A stretch of DNA of 64,000 nt from Picochlorum sp. SENEW3 (taxonomy: Eukaryota). A model generated the notes under the pieces. The model was not told where the DNA came from, did not search any database, and saw only the letters and a program-made list of their open reading frames with translations. The DNA lies in the NCBI GenBank assembly GCA_034226945.1, contig CP120460.1:310001-374000 (forward strand), written 5' to 3'. The position numbers and the translations under genes are program-made. Shown here piece after piece: positions 58,091 to 64,000 of the stretch; within the stretch, counting starts at the first letter, position 1, and the number at the start of each line of letters is the position of its first letter.

Positions 58091-59016
58091 GACGAGAAAT
58101 AATGCAGAAGCAACTATCTATAAATAAATAGTAAATATCCTACTATGCTCTGACGACGATGGCGCTGTTTTCGTTCCCAACAGCCAACCAACGACCTCGC
58201 TCAACAACCACCGTGGTCCTCGTCTACACAATATCACACAGACACGTTATCAATCTTCTCTGTAGGTGTTATAACAGGTAATTGGATACCTACCGAAAGG
58301 AAACAAGCTAGCAGGACTGAATACCAAGACTGCGCGATGAATGGTTGTTAGGCCAACAAGTTTTCGTTGGAAACTGCGTTTGTACCTTATATCAGTTCTA
58401 CGCAACTATATGCACAGATATGTACCGCAGAATAGTACTAGACCGGTATATTTGTAGATGAAATTAAAATTTTGGAGGATGTGTCCGATATTCCAAGCTT
58501 TGATCTCACACGGATGCGAGGTATGGAAGATCTAGATCTTTATCATAAAGAGCTTAATTAAGGTATGGTATTGAGGAACCAGATGTTGGTGTTCCAGGCT
58601 ATATATAATTGGGAGGGTGGCGTACTCTGGCCTGCCTTGAGGCATTTTCTTGGCGTGGAGATGGAGGAGGTTCCAGAAGGTCTAAACGGCGATAGCCTTA
58701 CCTTTGCTGACAATGGTATCTGTTTGGGGGACTGGGCCCTCTGTATAGTACTTCAATTTGTACATGTAGTTCTGCCTCTGTCAATGGCATACACCGCCCT
58801 GACGCAGATGAAGAGCTATTATTTGTATGTACAGATAGATTTGAAGGTTTACAACTTAAATTTAAGATTAATTTTTTCGATGCCAACTTCCTTTGATTGA
58901 TTCGAATGTATGAATTCATTTAATGTGGACAATAATATGTAAGCTGATATTGCATTAAATTGGTAACCCCATTGAGTATGGAACTTACCATCATGACAGT
59001 AAAAGAGTTCTCAAAA

Positions 59017-62000
59017 TTACGCCTCTGATTCCATCCATGGGCTTGCTGGCATACCCCCACCCCATATCCAGCCAGCATGCATAATCCCTCCAGGTAAAAC
59101 TGTGGATGCAGGAAGCAGGCGGCTTCCTTCTTGCATCGTGACTTCTGGCATCACTCGAGAGCCTACCTGTACCCAGGCTTGCTTTCCTACAGTAGTGGGG
59201 TGATATTTGAACTTAAGGGTCTCCAAATAGTGTCCTTCCACTGTACATCCACCCTCTACGACAGCACCATCCTCAAAAGTCACAAGGTCCCTTTCTAAAG
59301 GCAGACGCTGCAGAAGAACAACCCCTTTTCCAACAGTAAAACCTATAATCCTTGTCACAAATGACAAGAATGGAGTGCCGGCGAGAGGGAGGAATTCAGT
59401 TGCTGACAAAAGTCCATGAGCAACCATTGTTGGCACAGAGAACACTTGTCCTTCACCTGCTTTCCAGCGTGACCGAATGCCACAAAGAAGCGATAATACA
59501 CGAATCCATAGCGCTGCAAGCACGAAACCAAATCCTTGTGCTCCTATGAAGGTGAACACCGCTCCTGCATAGTGCCCAAAATCCAATACAACTATGGTGA
59601 GCAGGACTGGGCAGAACCATCGAAGAATATACGTTACTGGAGAGAGGAGCCAAAGAGCTGTTATTATTCGGAGTGAATACCATACTCTAGATTCAGCTCT
59701 ATCATCGTCTAAAAGAGCCAAGATCGCCTTGTCAGGTTCCGTTCTGTATTGCATGCTTCCTTGTTTGCGGGTCAAATCTGGTATGTGGGTACCTGAGGCC
59801 AGTGCTGAGTCATTCCCAAGGACGCTCAACTTACCTAGACTTGATCCTCCATAAAGAACTGCGCTATTACCTATAGTCGCTGCAGGGGATACAGAGACTT
59901 CCCGGACAATTCCTTCTCCATCAATATTTCTGATGGCTGATTCACTGCCTGAAGATACTGCTCCAGATATATTGATTGTATCAGGCAAATCCATATCGAG
60001 TCCTCCAACGAAACAAGAGTTTCCAATTTTGGCGCCAAGATTTCTGCATCATAATTTTCGAGATGTCCTTACCATGTACCTGGATCCATGCAGATAAGAA
60101 GAAAAATTTCACAAAGAGTAACAAACCTGTAAAACCATGACATTATGGGTGTAGAGCCGCATATTGATGCAAAGAGTTCAGTGAAGCTGTCAGAAATCAG
60201 TCTGCGATACAAGGAGAACCTCCAGGAGAGTGAAGAATTGGCGGCAATTCGGGTTCCAGGTGTGATGCACCTGAGTGCAACAGTCTTGAAGAACACAACT
60301 ATGGCTACCTGGAACATCCACCCGAGATGCAGCCCGAGGTAGTTGAAATATACAAAAAACAGAGAGATAACACCTAGAATATCATTCTTACCACCATCTC
60401 TATCCCCAAACCTCAGTTGCAATATCAGATCGAATGGATTACCTCCAAGGGTTACTCCAACGAGAGCAAACCCTACGACAATAGCAACCAATGATGATAA
60501 AGAATGAAGGAACATGGACACGAATGAACATGTGAGATTGCTTAGTTCCCCAAGATGTTGTTCAGGCATGAATTCCGGACAGTCCTTAAGATTGCCTGGC
60601 CCAACCGCATTTTTGTGCGCCGGAGAACTACGTGGCTTCAAATGTGTTCTATCCACCAACCTTCCTCCTGCTGGAAGGATGGCACGGTGGCCAACTTCAC
60701 AGTGACTCCCAATTATCACAGTGGAGAACATAAGTACTGGAGCATCTCCGAACATTCCTGCTGGAGCAATCATGGCAGGAGAAGCATTGACATGCCTTCC
60801 AATCTTGGTGCCTTCTCCTATCTCCACCAGACCAGGCTCGTGTATGCTGACTGTATCGATTCGTGCTCCTGCCCCAATCTTCGCTCCTAGGCATCGATAA
60901 ACACAATTAAAGGTCGATGTCTTGCAGAAGAAAGTATATAATATACCTAAATTCTGCGATTGCAATGCTCGAGCAGTTGTCCAGCGACAGTGGACCCAAC
61001 CATAAAGAGGATGGACACCAGGGCTCATTCCAAAGGGGAAGAGGATTCGGTGGAACAGCAGGAACACACAAATTTGCAAAAAGATACCTGCGAGGAAAAA
61101 TGGAGGCCAAAGCAGAACAAGCCAGCCCAAGTTCCATCCAGCACGGGTAAGAAAAACCCATCCTAGGTATTGTCCAGCCCATGGCAAAATTGGCAATGTC
61201 TCAACTAGAACTAGCAGCAAATACTGAAAAACGATATACAGTGGAAATGGGAGTCTAGTCGCCGCTGGGTGGGTGCCCAAACGATTTGATAGATCGGGAT
61301 CTTCAGCATTTAGATGGTGAAGCATTTTCTTGTTCAGAAACGTGGTAGCTCGTCTCAATAAGGATGCGGATGATCTGCCCCGACCTGCCAGCCATGCATA
61401 CTTGAAGGAATTTGCTGTCCTGCCTTGAACTTCCTCTTGGCGCAGAAATTCGGCTAAAAGGAAAATTGTAGGGTTAACAAATAAAGCATTAGACGGCAAC
61501 ACTTTCAGCTCTAGGGCATCCCGAATTCGAGCCTGCACCACCCCAGCTTTCAATGAATTGCCTCCTAATGCAAAGAAGTCAGCATGAATTGAAATAGGTG
61601 CATCTAAAGCCAGCACGTCAGCCCATATGTCCAAAAGTGTCTGCTCCAACTCGTCAAGGTTTTCCTCACCAGGTACTGGGACTGTCAAATCCCATTCAGG
61701 CTGCGGCAGTGCCCTGACGTCCACCTTGCCATTGGGCTGCAACGGAAACGCATCCAGAGCAACAATTGTGCTGGGAACCATGGCAGCCATCAACAGCGAC
61801 CGGCAGTGGCTCAAGACCAATTGCACATCCAAATCTGCAGGGCACACGTACCCAACCAAGCGCTTCTCTCCAGACGGATCTGCCATCGCACACGCCACGG
61901 CTTGCGCCACGCCTGCAAAGGACTCTAAAGCGGACTCCACCTCGCCAAGCTCGATGCGCACGCCCGTGATCTTCACCTGGCGATCGATGCGCCCAAGGAA

Positions 62001-64000
62001 CTCCAGGCTGCCGTCGCTACGCCAGCGAACAAGGTCGCCAGTGCGGTATGCCTTGCTGTAAGAGTCAGACAGAGAAGCATGGACTCGCCCCTCCACAAGC
62101 CCCAGGCATGGGTTGTCCACGAACGACTTGGCGGTCAGGTCGGGTCGGCCACAATATTCAAGCGCCAACCGAGGGCCGCTCAACAGCAGCTCGCCAGGGA
62201 CGCCAAGGGGTAAGGGGCGGAGGGACGAGTCAACCACGTACGCATGCATGTTTGGGTCAGGGCGACCGATCACCACCATGTCAAAGCCACGGGGGAAACG
62301 GTGGTGGGTCCCAGCGACCGTCGCCTCGGTGGGACCGTACGCGTTGTGCGGGCCCTTCATGTTAGGAAACACCTCTTGCATCTCCCGCACAAGATGGGCG
62401 GGCACCGACTCCCCTCCCAAGCCCCAAGACTGCATGGCACCATACGGAGCAAAACCCAGCCTCTTCATGGAACTGACGTACTCGAGGGCCAAAGTGGGCA
62501 CTGTGACCAAAAACGTGGTCACCTGATGCTCCACAACCGTCTTAGCAATGTAGTCAGGATCCAAGTGACCCTGGGGGCTGGCGACGATCATGCACGCCCC
62601 AGCGACGAGAGGCGGAAACAACTGGTACAACGAAGCATCGAAGCAGATGGTGTTGGACAGAATGGACACGCTGGTGGTTCCCAAGGCATACTCGTCGACG
62701 ATAAAATGAGTAAAGTCCCGCAGGCCCCGGTGGGGCACCGTCACGCCTTTGGGTCGACCTGTGGACCCAGAGGTGAAGATGATGTAGGCGGGGTCCTCCG
62801 GACCGGCAGCAACAGGCCTGTCGACCGACAGCGTCCCCGAGCCCCCATCGTCCACACTCGACAAAACCCGGTTGACATCCAAGATGATCACAGCCCTCCC
62901 ACTCGCTGCAGCCATCGCCGTGGCGCGATCCAGATGGGCCGGCTCCGTCAGCAGGAGGGACGAACCAGCATCCTCCACATACACTGACAGGCGGTCGTCA
63001 GGATACGAGGGGTCGCAGGGCAGGTAGCAGCCCCCAGCGGTCAGGACTGCCAAGATGGTGACAACAAGCTCCAAAGAACGGTCCAGCATCACGCCCACTA
63101 CCACGCCAGGGCCCACGCCGTGGACGCTCACCAGCCCCGCTGCCATGGTGCAAACCCAATGGTACACCTCCCCATACGTCAGCCGTTGATCTTGGAACAA
63201 CAGGCACTCCAGGTCGGGGTGAGACACTGCTATCGCTGCAAACGCTTCGTACACCAAACCAGCATCGGCATACTCAGCACGCTGCTCGCCCATGCACTTC
63301 TCAGCCAACTGTATGGATTGGTCAAGACTCAACAGATTTGTCGATCGCACCTTGGCGTGCATATTGTCCACCATGCATGTCAGAGCGGTCTCGAAGATGC
63401 TGTAAAGACTCTGGATCGTTTGAGAGTCGTATATTTCAGCCATATACTCCATTTGAAGCACAGAACCAACAAGCACTGCTGTTACATCTGCTTTGGCTGT
63501 TGCTTTGAGCTCAACGTGCTTGTGCTTTTTTCCTGTCATCTGACCAAGGACAAGTTCTCCAATAGCACCTGGATCGCGGGTGGGGTCCAGGTACTGGAAA
63601 AGGCACTGAAACAATGGATTGGCACCAGGGACACGCGCAGCTGGGCTGGAGGCAATAATTTCCTGAAGAGGAAGTATTGAATGAGACAGAGCAGCTATAG
63701 TTGACTCACTTGTAGCTCGAATCATATCCTCAAAGGTAGATGAGTCAGAAATAGAGCATCGCACGGGCACAGTGTTGATGAAATAGCCAATTAATCCATG
63801 AGTTTCAGGCTGATCACGACCTGCCGTCGGCACACCTACCACGACCTCATCATCCCCACTTTGCAACAGCAAGGCCAACTGGAAAGCAGAAAGAAGAACA
63901 GCCTGCATATTGACACGCAGTCTGCGTGCGAGTGCCTCGACTTGCTCCAATAAGCCATCAGGAAGATGCAACACCAGTTGACGACACTCGTATGTGGGAT
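59017..64000 (-). CDS. Non-ribosomal peptide synthetase, 5'-truncated: C-A-T plus a Pls/PosA-like membrane terminal domain; exons >64000-60127 and 60043-59017
   Basis: C: VVVGVPTAGR..LIGYFINTVPVR. A: YIIFTSGSTGRPKG, NAYGPTE, YRTGD, GRIDRQVKITGVRIELGEVE, NGKVD. T: DFFALGGNSL. Three TM + LGAKIG-type hexapeptide units follow. Intron GTTTGT..TGCAG restores WFYR|NLGAKIG. The frame is open to the window edge. Confidence 0.92.

Noticed and set aside
58565..58900. 111-aa ORF downstream of the NRPS
   Set aside because: No motifs and an AT-rich tail; cannot be distinguished from non-coding sequence.

Overview
Gene-dense eukaryotic nuclear DNA from a green alga: short GT-AG introns, tiny intergenic gaps, and many plastid-targeted genes (ARC5, ORANGE, PsbP-domain, CF0-II, lumazine synthase, solanesyl-PP synthase). 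The compact style is consistent with a trebouxiophyte such as Picochlorum, but that is inference. About 35 protein genes and one intron-containing tRNA-Gln(CUG) are supported, and exon structures were rebuilt by hand where the ORF track was split. Three regions are not housekeeping. (1) 59017-64000: the 3' part of an NRPS (C-A-T) ending in a membrane-embedded, hexapeptide-repeat, Pls/poly-amino-acid-synthetase-like terminal domain instead of a thioesterase; an Sfp-type PPTase lies in the same window. (2) 37309-44787: four co-oriented secreted-protein genes, each with a 46-49 nt signal-peptide exon, a phase-1 intron and an R-x-L-[S/T/N] motif; two are built from 21-aa K/Y- or K/W/H-rich repeats, and a GT61 glycosyltransferase sits among them. 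(3) 22766-30150: a tRNA-adjacent island of unassigned genes (an XPA-C-like protein and an ankyrin protein sharing an unnamed N-terminal domain, plus a tandem duplicate pair with a conserved spliced uORF). All homology calls are from motif recognition, not database searches.
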